Below, piece after piece: positions 24,201 to 38,226 of a stretch of DNA of 63,695 nt. This stretch comes from Octopus bimaculoides (lineage: Eukaryota), in contig NC_068994.1 of assembly GCF_001194135.2 (NCBI RefSeq), positions 38,640,752-38,704,446 on the forward strand, in the 5' to 3' direction. The position numbers and the translations under genes are program-made. A model generated the notes under the pieces. It was not told the origin of the DNA. It did not search any database and saw nothing but the letters and a program-made list of their open reading frames with translations. Position 1 is the first letter of the stretch; each line of letters starts with the position of its first letter.

Positions 24201-27200
24201 ACATTCTTTGCTTTTCATTCTTCTACGGTTGATTAAATAAAATATTAGTCAATGGGAACAACTTAATGGACTAGCAACATGCAGTGAGCTAGTTTGGTAC
24301 AGTCAAGCCTAAATCCCCACCCAGTTGTAAGGTTCCAATATCAGGTAAAGGGACACACAGAGTACATTGCTGTTACATCAATATTTTCTGTCTGTAACAC
24401 TAACACAGCACAACACACTTTATCAAGACAACACAACACATATATGTACCCCCACTTTCATTTATTTGCATATGCATACACTCTTTTAAAGTGGACTACA
24501 TCAAAAGAAATAATGCAAAATGAAAAGATGAAGGATTATCCTCATATACAGAATTTATAGCCATACATTTATATGCTTTTCAAAGTTCATACTCTTCTTG
24601 GTCTTCCAAAGAAATAAGGCAAATTAATGGTTAATTAACATTTAAGTTTCATCAAACATTACAATTTAAAGGATACTTGAACAGTTTTAAAGAAACTCTC
24701 TCAGACTATGCTAAGACATCACCTTTTACAGATAGCTCTCTACAAAAAGTAAAATATCAGGATTTATCGAAGAATTTGATATCCTTTGTTGTCACGTGGA
24801 TGAAATTTAATATCTGAGGCTTTTTCCTTTGTTTTAGAACAAAAAAGAGAGAAGTGCAAATGTTAATACTTGGATTGTAAGGTTGTAAATTGACTTACTA
24901 ATAGCCAAATCATCAACACTGTATTTCTCCTTTCCCTACCCACAAATAAGACATTAGATCTAAAATATTAGATTCTATACACCTGATGGCAAATGAATAT
25001 AAGTTCTCCCTAACTGAATTTTGCTAATGAGTTAATTGTTGTTATTGCAGACCATCACCAGTTTTCTCAGATTCCAGAGTTTATCAAGCCTTATAGTAAT
25101 AGTGTGTCTATTAAAATTTTGTTTCTTTATTCTTTGTTATGTTCAATGTATGATTACCCCATTCCCAACCCTGCACAACTTTTGGATTACAGTATGCAAA
25201 AGTTGATATTGAAAGTATGCAGAATGTGGATAATTCTACACATCTCACAGCAAATAACATTTGGGATTCTATTATAAACTTTACTAAATAAAAAGAATTT
25301 TGATAGGGTGAATTATTTATTGTAATAAATTGTATTTAGCATTTATATAAATAAATGATATTTAGATATATAAATAGTGTTTGGAATTATTTAGATCAAT
25401 AAATAATATTCAAATATATAAAATAGACAATATTTAGATATATAATCCTTTCCACTATAGGCAAAAGGTCCGAAATTTTGGGTTAGAGGGATAGCCAATT
25501 ACATCGACTCCAGTCCTCAGTTGGTATTTATTTTATCAACATCATAAGGACGAAAGGCAATGTCAACCTCAGTGGAATTTGAACTCAGAATTTAAAGATG
25601 AATGAAATGCTGCTAAGCATCTTGCCTGACATGCTAATGATTATGTCAGCTCATTACTTTATTTAGATATATAATAATTAGTGTTTTAAATTACTTAGAT
25701 TAATAATTTTTAGATGTACAAATAGTATCTAGAAGTATTTGAATAAATAATATTTAGAGATTTTCAGTTGCATAAAGAACAATAATATTTAGGTATATAA
25801 CAGTATTTAGATTTTAAAAAAAAAATGGTCATTTCAAGTAGACAAGTTGTATATAGGTACATGAATAGTACTTAGATAATAAAATAGTATTTAGAGCAAG
25901 TGCTTAGATTAAGTGTATTTTGATAGATAAATAATATTTAGCTAAATGGATACTATTTAGTGGTACTTTGATAAATAAATAGTTTTTTTTTAAATAGATA
26001 ATTAGATTAAAAATATTTTGATACATCAACAATATTTACAGAGATAAAAAGTACTTATTTAAATAGTATTTAGATACTTATTCAATATATAAAAGTATCT
26101 ATAAATAATATTTAGCTAAATAATATTTAGAAATATTTAGATAAATAAGGTTTAGAAGTATTTAGATAAATAATATTTAGAAGTATTTAGATAAAGTTTA
26201 TTTATATAGATAAATATGGTTCAAACTGGTGAATAGCACTCAGAATTTTGGATGACACTAATTATGACAAATGGAACCAGAGTTAAAAAAGTTGCAGTTG
26301 GCTTAACTAATCAAATTTCAAACTATTAGAGAAAGGGTTTATGGTTCAAATCATATTACTGTCACTAAATTGCAGCCATATTTAAGACACTTGGTTTTAA
26401 CATAATTAGGACAGCTAGCTGTATGCAAAAAATGGAACATATAAACAAAAAGAACACTGTCTACATTTCTTGGTTGCAGTGCTGAGATGAAAATCTCCCA
26501 TATCCCATAAATATGGTCTGAAGAAAAATGAATGCTATCAGGTTTATTTACTTCGTTTTTCATTGCAACTGGTGTAAATGGACCAGATTTCCAGTCAGGA
26601 GATAGTGTGGTGTCATGAACAGTTTATTTTCATTGCAATTTCTTTTATGTTGAGATATTTTCTTTCTTTTATCTTTTACTTGCTTCATTTGTTAAACTAT
26701 GGCCATGCTGAGGCACTACCTTGAAGGGTTTAGACAATCAAGTTGACCCCAGTGTTTATTTTTTCTTAAAGTCTGACACTTATTTTATTAGTCTCTTTTG
26801 GCAAACTGCTAAGTTATGGGGATGTAACCAAATCAAGGCCAAGGTCCAACTCTGCCTTTCATCCTTTTGAGGGTCAATCAAATAAGTACCAGTTGAGCAC
26901 TGGTGTTAATGTAATAGACTTATCCCCTCCCCTTGAAAATAATTGCCATATGCCAAAATTTGAAACCAATAAATTAAAGTTAAATACTACGGTTGATAAA
27001 ACAAAGTACCAGCTAAATACTGGGGTTGATAACATAACATTGCAATCAGTTCCTGGAGTTGAGAAAATAGGGTACAAGTCAAATATTAGAATTAATAAGA
27101 TAAATCACCAATCAAATACTAAGGCAGATAAAAACAACTAAGCCCCACCCCAAAATTTGAGGCCCTGTACCAATGTTAAATATCATTATCATACTTTACG

Positions 27201-27419
27201 TTACTTTTATTATCATCCATTCCATAATTTCTTAGCTGAGTTCTTCGCTTCTATAATTTTGTACTAATTATTGATAATTTCACCAATAAATCAGCAGTAT
27301 TCTAATATTCCCAAATATCAGAACTCTTTTTCTAGCCATTCCATAAATTGTAGTCTTTACAGAGTGTATATAATTATTTTTCAGGGAAAATTATCTGCTA
27401 ATTAAGCATTGTGTACACA

Positions 27420-27935
27420 TATACATTGACATACACACATACAGACACATAGAAAGTTGTATAAACCTAGCATAGATATACATGTTTGTGTGTGTGTGTG
27501 TGTGCACACGCAAGCACACATACACACACATGCACACTTGCACATACACACTCTTTTCTCTGACTGACTATGTGAGTACATGCTTGTAGGTATATGTGTG
27601 CATGTGTGTGTATCGGTGTGTGTGTGTGTATCTGTGTGTGTGTGTGTGTGTGCACATGGAAGTGTGCTTGTGTATAGTGTTTGCTTGTGTGTGTTTTTGT
27701 GTGTGTGTGAATGTGCATGTGTGTACATGTATATGTGCATGTGTGTGCTTATATGTGTATGTGTGTATGCATGTGTGTTTATGTGAGTGTGTATGTGCTT
27801 GTGTATGTACATGTGTGTGATGTGAGAGTATATGCGCTTATGTGCTTGTGTGTGCATGAGTGCGTGTGTGTGTGTGTGTGTGTGCATGCACTTGTATATT
27901 TGTATATGTGCGCAAGTACACATATACTCACAATA
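27420..27935. repeat. Compound (TG/CA)-rich low-complexity tract
   Basis: Degenerate dinucleotide repeats; similar tract at 32230-33070. Confidence 0.9.
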
Positions 27936-28494
27936 ATGTGCTAAGGTAACAGACAACTTTCCACTTTGAGATCATTATAGATAAATATATACAGAAAAGG
28001 AAACTGGAATCCTTTGCTAGGAATCTTAAGATGGTAAGGCCATTAAGTATACTCATATGAACAACAGTCATATAATTCATTAGGGATATAGATCTTGATT
28101 TGCTAACCTCCTCCTCCTCGTCATCATCATCAGTTAATGTTCATGTTACATGTTAGCATGTGTCTGAGACAGTTTACTAAGATCTAATGGGTCTAGGGAT
28201 GCATTGTGCTCATAGATTTTTATGGCTGGATGCCTTTCTCAATGCCAACCATTTTACGTTCTTTTTATAGCATCAACACTAATGAGGTTGCTGTGCAGCC
28301 TACAAAATTGTGAGCCCTATGAAGAGATGAGGAACTTTATACTTTATGCTTGAAGATCAGCAAATGGGAAGAATTACTTGACAATTTCACAACATCGTTT
28401 TTGGCATTGATTGAAATAATATTAATTTTAAAATGATTTTATCAATCTTCCTATAAACTGTAATTTTATAGAAAAATGATATTTATATCTACAC

Positions 28495-28715
28495 TGAGGC
28501 AGTGAGCTGGCAGAATCATTAATATACCAAGTAAGATGCTTAGTGATATTTTATCTCTCTTTACATTCTGAGTTCAAATGCTGCCAAGGTTGACTCTGCC
28601 TTTCATCCATTCGGGGTTGATAAAATAAATACTGGTCGAATACTTGGGTTAATGTAATCAATTTACCCCTGCCCTTGAAATTGTTGACCCTGTGCCAAAA
28701 TTTGAAATCAGTAGA
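28495..28715 (+). mobile_element. SINE family A copy (inverted partner at about 29100-29285)
   Basis: Head gcagtgagctggcagaa, core gcctttcatccattcggggttgataaaataaatac. Confidence 0.8.
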
Positions 28716-28752
28716 TTTCTTCCTTGGAAAGGAAGATATATATGTATATATA

Positions 28753-28823
<71 letters not shown>

Positions 28824-29789
28824 GTATGTATATATATATATATATATATATCTTTGTGTATATGTATATATATGTGTATGTGTGTGTATACATATATAAA
28901 GATAAATATACAACAAGCTTCTTTCAGTTTCCATCAACCAAATTTGCTCATGAGGCTTTAGTTGGCCTGAGGCAATAGCAGAAGACATTTGTGCAGGATG
29001 TCACACAGTGGGACTGAACCTAAAATCACATGGTTGGGAAGCAAACTTCTAAGCCACATGGCCATACATTGACTGACTTATGTAGTGCAGATATAAATAT
29101 TGGTTTCAAATTTTGGCATAAGACTAGCACAGCAGGGGAGAGGGTAAGTCAATTACATTGGCCCCTGTCCTCGACTGGTATTTATTTTATTGACCCCCAA
29201 AAAAGATGAAATGCTACTATGCATTTCACCTGGTACAACTAGCGATTCTACCAGTTAGCTGCCTTAAAGGAAGAGATATATTCTATTAGATTTTGGTTAC
29301 TTTCTTTTTGCATGAAGGTGGACTTGAATACAGTATTACAAGCTGATAAAACACTTGTTGATTGCAGAGTGGTCCCACTGCTTACTAAAATACACAGTAT
29401 CAACAAGAATTAACTTGAGTAAAATAAATAATTTGTGCACATGCACTGTACATTGCTAGTGTTTAGACATAAGCTAATGATTCTTTGGTTGATAAACTGA
29501 TACCAACATCCATATTCAACTACTCAATGTGGTTAAAATAATCAATATTTGTCCAGTGCCAATAATTAAATATAAACATAGGGTTCATTAGGCAAAAAGC
29601 CAAGATCTCATTCACTCAGTAAATCCTTGTATTCCACAAATGTTGATTACCATTCCTGTATATAGAATATTTCAAGTAAATTGACTAAGCATGAAACGTG
29701 GTTCTTGATTATAAGTCTAATTTTAATTAAATCTTATTTACAGTATAGCAATCTAGTCAATCTGAGATCATATCCTCTCTTTTCTATAG

Positions 29790-30220
29790 GCACAGGCATG
29801 GCTGTACAGTAAGAAGTTTGCTTCCCAACATCATGATTCTGAGTTCAGTCCCACAGCTTAACTCCTTGGACAAGTGTCTTCTACTGTTATCCCCAGGCTA
29901 ACAAGAGTCTTGTGAGAGGATTTGGTAGCGTGAAACTGAAAGAAGCCTGTTGTACATATGCGTGTGTGTGTGTGTGTGTGTGAATGTGTGTGAATGTGTG
30001 TGTGTGAGTGTGTGTGTATGTGTGTGTGTCCTACCATTGCTTGGCAACCGGTGTTGGTGTGTTTACATTCACACACCTTAGGAGTTTGGCAAAAAAGACT
30101 GATAGAATAAGTATCAGGTGTAAAACATTAGTACTGCATTTGATTCTTTTGCCTAAAACTTTTTTCAAGGTGATGCCCCGACATCTAATGACTGAAACAA
30201 ATAAAAGGTAAAAGATAAAA
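29790..30220 (+). mobile_element. SINE family B copy
   Basis: Head, core and tail present. Confidence 0.8.
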
Positions 30221-31029
30221 ATATAAGCAAACACTTTAGTCTTATTTTCTTAGACATGTAGTATCATGCATTAATATCAATTTGACAGTACGTCATGTCA
30301 GTGTTTGTCTGACGTGACCAACAGTTTTGATATATTGTTTCATTTTTGATGTCTAGTGTTAGCTGGTAGCATAACTAGAGCATGTGTTGCTCAGAGTAGT
30401 CTTTAGCTTGCTGTCCTTCTCTGTACCCTGTACAAGCTTATACAGTAAACCCCAAACTGTTCTCCAATAAAAGTGCATCCTCCTTATATATGCTACTGGT
30501 ATTAGCAGCAAAATGTTAACAAAGTCAAGCCAAAGGAATCAGTACATAAAAAAAATTATATATATTGAGCAGTGGTTTGAGAAGGTACCTTAGAATGGAT
30601 ATTTTAAGTTAAATTAAAATCTGCAAGAAGATCTCCAGGAAAGTGGGCAGAAATTAGAAGGAAATGTAGTAAAAAAGACTTTGGTGATTTGCTGTTCTTC
30701 AGAAGACATGTCAAGCTAAGTGAAGTAGTAGTCATGGCCAGTGTTAGTTACATGTGAAAGGCACATGTTACATGTGGTAACATGTGAATGACACCAGTGC
30801 CAGAAACATGTAAGAGGTACCCAGGCTGTTGATATGTAAAAGACACCCAGTACTCTGTGAAGTGGCTGGTATTAGGAAGGGCATTCAGCCGCAGAAACCA
30901 AGCCAAACAGACCGGAGACTGGTGTAGCTCTCTGGTTTATTGGCCTCAGTTAAACTTTGTTACTCATGCCAACATGGAAAATGGACATTGAGCGATGATG
31001 ATGATGATGATAATGAATCTTAGTATTTC

Positions 31030-31330
31030 TTTTAGCCCCAGGTCAGTCTTGAAAGAGTAAATGAAAATCCATAGCTCCAATGATTGCATCACTTAAAGCT
31101 AAAGGATTGGATCACTCACTGAAGCACGTTTGTAGGCTTCCATTTTGTATAATCAAAGTCATTATGGCTGTGACTAATCCATCTTTTTACTTTTTTCCAA
31201 CCCACTGTATCTAAAACTACAATATCCCATGGGTTGTTCTTTTTCTAATACAGTGAGACAGGATTGAAAGAAGATTCCATTGTCGTTTGGTGATTGGTAA
31301 CAAATTAAGAGACCATGCAGGAGACCTCCT
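31030..31330 (+). mobile_element. Old diverged interspersed repeat (family H)
   Basis: Aligns by eye with copies at about 13590-13720, 22120-22310, 38800-39000, 53895-54110 and 55560-55740 (gatcaaaggcattccagccatgaccat...ctatttctagc). Confidence 0.6.
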
Positions 31331-31487
31331 CCTTGAAGGCACCCTTGTGTGTCATTCAAATGATTCACTTAAGTTCTATGACTGGAGTCTGGTACAGCCT
31401 TCTAGCTTGCTAGTCCTCGTTAAACTGTCAAACAACCCATACCAGCATGGACAACAGATGTTAAATGAAGATGATATATATATATAT

Positions 31488-31709
31488 CATCATCATCGTT
31501 TAACGTCCGCTTTCCATGCTAGCATGGGTTGGACGATTTGACTGAGGACTGGTGAAACCGGATGGCAACACCAGGCTCCAGTCTGATTTGGCAGAGTTTC
31601 TACAGCTGGATGCCCTTCCTAACGCCAACCACTCAGAGAGTGTAGTGGGTGCTTTTACGTGTCACCCGCACAAAAACGGCCACGCTCGAAATGGTGTCTT
31701 TTATGTGCC
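31488..31709 (-). mobile_element. Young family C retroposon 3' part, running into a gap
   Basis: Identical to 14236-14387 over 152 bp; other copies at about 34340-34545 (+) and 46228-46460 (-). Confidence 0.85.
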
Positions 31710-32579
31710 NNNNNNNNNNNNNNNNNNNNNNNNNNNNNNNNNNNNNNNNNNNNNNNNNNNNNNNNNNNNNNNNNNNNNNNNNNNNNNNNNNNNNNNNNNN
31801 NNNNNNNNNNNNNNNNNNNNNNNNNNNNNNNNNNNNNNNNNNNNNNNNNNNNNNNNNNNNNNNNNNNNNNNNNNNNNNNNNNNNNNNNNNNNNNNNNNNN
31901 NNNNNNNNNNNNNNNNNNNNNNNNNNNNNNNNNNNNNNNNNNNNNNNNNNNNNNNNNNNNNNNNNNNNNNNNNNNNNNNNNNNNNNNNNNNNNNNNNNNN
32001 NNNNNNNNNNNNNNNNNNNNNNNNNNNNNNNNNNNNNNNNNNNNNNNNNNNNNNNNNNNNNNNNNNNNNNNNNNNNNNNNNNNNNNNNNNNNNNNNNNNN
32101 NNNNNNNNNNNNNNNNNNNNNNNNNNNNNNNNNNNNNNNNNNNNNNNNNNNNNNNNNNNNNNNNNNNNNNNNNNNNNNNNNNNNNNNNNNNNNNNNNNNN
32201 NNNNNNNNNNNNNNNNNNNNNNNNNNNNTACGCTTAATGGGAGAGATGTTTTAGTAGTTTCATGTGAATAAGTAGTTTTATGTATGCATACGTGCATGTA
32301 TATGTTGTTTAATGTGTGTATGTAGTTTCATGTGTATGTGTGTGTGGTTTTATGCATAGAGATAATATTCTGTAAGCATGTTGTTTTGTGTATGTAGTTT
32401 TATGTAAGTATGTTTAGTTTCATATTTGTGTGTCTGTGTGCACAGTTGTGTACATGTTAGCAATTTCATGTATTTGCATAATTTCATATGTTTTATGCAT
32501 GTAGTTTCATGTTTGTTTTTAATTCCCTATGTGTATGTGTGAGTAGTTTCCTCTGTGTGAATGTGCATGTGTGCATGTG

Positions 32580-32613
<34 letters not shown>

Positions 32614-32762
32614 TGTATGTGTGTATATCTATATATTTTCATATATAGCTAATTTTAAGAGTGTGTGTATATGTAACCTCATGTGAGTAGTTTAATGCTT
32701 ATGCTAGTAGTTTTGTGCAAATGTCTGCATGTGTGTAGTTTCATGTGTATCTGTATGTGTGC

Positions 32763-32802
<40 letters not shown>

Positions 32803-32998
32803 TTTCGTGTGTGATCACAATTTTATGTGTGTGTGTGTGTGCGTTTGTGTGTGCACATGTAGTTCCGTGTGAGTACTAACTTAATATGGGTGTAAGTGTG
32901 TTGCTGAATGTGACTATAGTTTGATGTGTGGTTGTGTAATTTAAAGTGTGAATGTATGTGTTTATGTGCATATGTGTATGTGTGTGTGTGTGTGTGTG

Positions 32999-33066
<68 letters not shown>

Positions 33067-34874
33067 TATTCTTAACCAATTGCTCAGATGATATCACAAT
33101 TTTTTTGTTTCTCTTTTTTTCATAGGAATTTAGATTTATATCATTTATTTGGGTGTTTATTTTGCATAACTGTAATTGAAAAAAAAAAAAAAATTAAAAT
33201 AAGAAAATATTCTATAATTTTTATACATTTCATGATTTGTTTAAATTTTATATTTCATCCAGGACAAACTAAGGCCAATGATTACAGAAAATGAGCAAAA
33301 CTACCGAAATAATTGCCTTCAAGAAGTTAAAAATAATTTTTGTTGTCAAAAAAAATCTTGCTAATAATGGTTGCAGTGATTACTTGTTGAAATGATGTCG
33401 GCGTCTGTCTGTACAGAAATGATATCTTTTCTTAGTAGCTTCATTTTATGCAAAAATGTGTGTAAATAAAATGAAAGATTATTAGTTTAACTCTTTTGCA
33501 ATCAATGATATTGATACTTTGGAATGAGAAATTATTCACTCGACTACATGCATTAATGTACTTTTATTTTTGTTTTTGGTTCTTTTTTTTAATATTTTGT
33601 AATTTTTCCCATTTTCTTGCACCTTTTCTCCTCCAGAATATGAATTTTTTAATCCCATTTAATGTAATGTTATCATCATCAACATCACCATCATCATCAT
33701 CATCATCGTCATTGTTGCCATTGTCATCGTCATCATCATCATTATCATCATCATCATTATCATCATCATCATCATTATCATCATCATCATTATCATCATC
33801 ATCATCACAATTCAGTGTGTCTGTATTTCATGCAGGGATGTTGGGTTTGTCAGTTTGACAGGATATGACAGGTCAAATGGTTGTATCAATCTACAATGTC
33901 TGTTTTGGTGTGGTTTCTATATCTGGAAGCCCTCCTTTCCTAAAACTAAGCACTTTACTGAGTATACCAGGGACGGGGGGGGGGGGGGGGTCTTTCTTTT
34001 TTTGTGTCGTCAGCACAAGTGAGTTCACATAGCAGCTGGCAAGGCAGAATCCCTTTTATATTCATAAAATGGAGTTATATCTAAAATAGATGTATGTGGG
34101 TTCTGTAAGAAGCTTGCTTCCCAAATACATGGTTTTAGGTTCAGTCTCACCATGTGGCACTTGAGGCAAGTGTCTTTTACTATAGCCTTGGGCCAACCAA
34201 AGTCTTGTGAGTGGATTTGGTAGATGGAAAGTGAACGAAACCCATCGTATATGTTTGTGTGTGTGTGTGTGCATGTGTGTGTTGTGTGTCTTTGTGTCCC
34301 TGTTTGTTCTCCACTGTCAGTTGACAACCATTGCCAGTACTGCCTGACTTGCCTTCGTGCCGGTGGCATGTAAAAGCATCCACTATACTCTCGGAGTGGT
34401 TGGCGTTAGGAAGGGCATCCAGCTGTAGAAACTCTGCCAGATCAGATTGGAGCCTGGTGCAGCCATCTGGTTCACCAGTCCTCAGTCAAATCGTCCTGCA
34501 TGGAAAGCGGATGTTAAATGATGATGATGATGATGATGATGATGAAGGCATGTCAAAAGGAAAGGCCTTAAACAGATTGGTGCCAGTGTTGTCACAGATG
34601 TTGCTCTCAGAATCCAAAGGGCCAGAATAGATTTGCAAGGCATTTCTTTTATTGGCAATTTCAGAATAAAGGTAAAGTGGACATTGGCAGGATTTGAACT
34701 TAGAGCATAGAGAGTCAGAATAAAAACTGTGAAGTGTTAAATCCAACAATGTAACAACTCTACTATTTTGCCAGCTTTCTCTTTTTTTTTTTAACTTTCT
34801 TTTGTATGTTAATATAAAGCACAGGTGTGGCTGTGTAGTAAGAATCTTGCTTCCCAATCACATGATTTCAGGTT

Positions 34875-35118
34875 TGGCTTAGTGGTTAGGGTGTCAGCAT
34901 CATGATCGTAAGATTGTGGTTTCGATTCCTGGACTGAGCGACGCGTTGTGTTCTTGAGCAAAACACTTCATTTCGTGTTGCTCCAGTCCACTCAGTTGGC
35001 AAGAATGAGTAACGCTGTGATGGACTGGTGTCCCGTCCAGCTGGGGAACACATACGCCATTGAAACCGTGAAAGCGGGCCCATGAACATGGCTAGGCTTT
35101 AAAAGGGCACATTTCTCT
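34875..35118 (+). mobile_element. tRNA-derived SINE family D with a V-SINE-like domain, nested in a SINE B head
   Basis: A box tggcttagtgg, B box ggtttcgattcc, and gatggactggtgtcccgtccag; reverse copy at about 61425-61680; the V-domain call is from recall. Confidence 0.7.
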
Positions 35119-36986
35119 ATTTCCTACTGTGTGGCACCTTAGGCAAATGCCTTCCCGGGCTGATCAAGGCCTTATGAGTAGATTTGGTAGATGAAAACTG
35201 AAAGAAGCCTGTCATGTGTGTGTGTGTGTGTATATATATGCATATATGTGTGTGTGTGTGCATGCATATCAGCATGTGTGTACATGTATGTGTGTGTCTT
35301 TGTGCCAGAATTTGTTCCCTACCACTGCTTGACAACTAGTGTAGGTTTGTTTGAGTCTGTAACTTTTCTTAAAAATGACCTTATTAAGAAACTTCAATTT
35401 ATTGTTTACATTAGTTTACACTGAAACAGATAAATGGTGAGACACAAATACACATGCNNNNNNNNNNNNNNNNNNNNNNNNNNNNNNNNNNNNNNNNNNN
35501 NNNNNNNNNNNNNNNNNNNNNNNNNNNNNNNNNNNNNNNNNNNNNNNNNNNNNNNNNNNNNNNNNNNNNNNNNNNNNNNNNNNNNNNNNNNNNNNNNNNN
35601 NNNNNNNNNNNNNNNNNNNNNNNNNNNNNNNNNNNNNNNNNNNNNNNNNNNNNNNNNNNNNNNNNNNNNNNNNNNNNNNNNNNNNNNNNNNNNNNNNNNN
35701 NNNNNNNNNNNNNNNNNNNNNNNNNNNNNNNNNNNNNNNNNNNNNNNNNNNNNNNNNNNNNNNNNNNNNNNNNNNNNNNNNNNNNNNNNNNNNNNNNNNN
35801 NNNNNNNNNNNNNNNNNNNNNNNNNNNNNNNNNNNNNNNNNNNNNNNNNNNNNNNNNNNNNNNNNNNNNNNNNNNNNNNNNNNNNNNNNNNNNNNNNNNN
35901 NNNNNNNNNNNNNNNNNNNNNNNNNNNNNNNNNNNNNNNNNNNNNNNNNNNNNNNNNNNNNNNNNNNNNNNNNNNNNNNNNNNNNNNNNNNNNNNNNNNN
36001 NNNNNNNNNNNNNNNNNNNNNNNNNNNNNNNNNNNNNNNNNNNNNNNNNNNNNNNNNNNNNNNNNNNNNNNNNNNNNNNNNNNNNNNNNNNNNNNNNNNN
36101 NATATATATATATATATATACATATGTATTTATAGTTTAAAGATCCAATAGAGGTAAAATCAACAAAAAAAAAATACTCCTTCAAGTGAGAGATAAATAT
36201 CAATTTAAATGCATGACTAAAATAGCTACTAATAGTTTCATGCTTTTATGATACTTGAACATGTTTATATATTTATAAAATGCACCATGTATCTTAAAGC
36301 AATCATTTCAGACACTCATGAGGAATGATATTTGGATATATTTATATGACAGAAACATGTCATCTGGGTAGCCAAGGTGGGCAGACTAACATTATAAATA
36401 TTGATTTCAAATTTCTGAACAAGGCCAGCAATTTTGTGGAAGAGGGTAAGTTGATTACATTGACACCAGTACTCAACTGGTACTTATTTTATTGACCCCG
36501 AAAATATAAAAGGCAAAGTCGACCTCAGCAAAATTTGAACTCAAAATGTGAAGACAGATAAAATACTGCTAACAATTCTGCCAGCTTCCTGCCTTACTAT
36601 CATTATAAAAATTAATTATTATATATAAAAAGTAAATGATTTCCATTTCATTGTAAAAATACTAATTTAATGCATGGAATTCTGTGCATAGTTGAGTACA
36701 TGCCTGCTATTTTGATCTTGAACAGGCATAGTATCTACTGCCTTTCAAGTTTAATCCAAACATTAACCAGTAATGCTTTTAATTGCATGTGCCATAAGTT
36801 CATCACCATAATATATAATTTATAGTTGGAATTCAGTCAGAAATTAAACTGTTTTTTAAGTGTCATAACAGAGTGAGGGTATGTATATGAGAGTGTTACA
36901 TTACATATTGTGTTTGCTTCTAATGCTTCAGCTACTTTTAAGAGATGATATTATAATTTTATGGGAGTTCATAAAAATAGTAATAA

Positions 36987-37028
<42 letters not shown>

Positions 37029-38193
37029 NNNNNNNNNNNNNNNNNNNNNNNNNNNNNNNNNNNNNNNNNNNNNNNNNNNNNNNNNNNNNNNNNNNNNNNN
37101 NNNNNNNNNNNNNNNNNNNNNNNNNNNNNNNNNNNNNNNNNNNNNNNNNNNNNNNNNNNNNNNNNNNNNNNNNNNNNNNNNNNNNNNNNNNNNNNNNNNN
37201 NNNNNNNNNNNNNNNNNNNNNNNNNNNNNNNNNNNNNNNNNNNNNNNNNNNNNNNNNNNNNNNNNNNNNNNNNNNNNNNNNNNNNNNNNNNNNNNNNNNN
37301 NNNNNNNNNNNNNNNNNNNNNNNNNNNNNNNNNNNNNNNNNNNNNNNNNNNNNNNNNNNNNNNNNNNNNNNNNNNNNNNNNNNNNNNNNNNNNNNNNNNN
37401 NNNNNNNNNNNNNNNNNNNNNNNNNNNNNNNNNNNNNNNNNNNNNNNNNNNNNNNNNNNNNNNNNNNNNNNNNNNNNNNNNNNNNNNNNNNNNNNNNNNN
37501 NNNNNNNNNNNNNNNNNNNNNNNNNNNNNNNNNNNNNNNNNNNNNNNNNNNNNNNNNNNNNNNNNNNNNNNNNNNNNNNNNNNNNNNNNNNNNNNNNNNN
37601 NNNNNNNNNNNNNNNNNNNNNNNNNNNNNNNNNNNNNNNNNNNNNNNNNNNNNNNNNNNNNNNNNNNNNNNNNNNNNNNNNNNNNNNNNNNNNNNNNNNN
37701 NNNNNNNNNNNNNNNNNNNNNNNNNNNNNNNNNNNNNNNNNNNNNNNNNNNNNNNNNNNNNNNNNNNNNNNNNNNNNNNNNNNNNNNNNNNNNNNNNNNN
37801 NNNNNNNNNNNNNNNNNNNNNNNNNNNNNNNNNNNNNNNNNNNNNNNNNNNNNNNNNNNNNNNNNNNNNNNNNNNNNNNNNNNNNNNNNNNNNNNNNNNN
37901 NNNNNNNNNNNNNNNNNNNNNNNNNNNNNNNNNNNNNNNNNNNNNNNNNNNNNNNNNNNNNNNNNNNNNNNNNATATATATATATATATATATATATACA
38001 TACATATATATATTTATATACATATTTATGTATATATAGATATACATATATATATACATATATATGTACATATTTATGTATATATATGTATATATATATG
38101 CACACACATATATATGCATGCACGAATATATACATATACATATATAAAGATATACATATATACATATATATATGATTATATATGGTATATATG

Positions 38194-38226
<33 letters not shown>

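Noticed and set aside
26351-26518. Strong minus-strand acceptor followed by PYLWDMGDFHLSTATKKCRQ
   Set aside because: No convincing donor; the phase-1 option creates a TGA on joining the terminal exon.
27402-28988. His/Thr, Cys/Val and Tyr/Ile-rich ORFs
   Set aside because: These are translations of (CA)n, (TG)n and (TA)n tracts.
31120-31244. Apparent minus-strand exon KKNNPWDIVVLDTVGWKKVKRWISHSHNDFDYTKWKPTNVL with good splice sites
   Set aside because: It lies within a diverged family H repeat, and its phase 0-2 does not fit the flanking exons.
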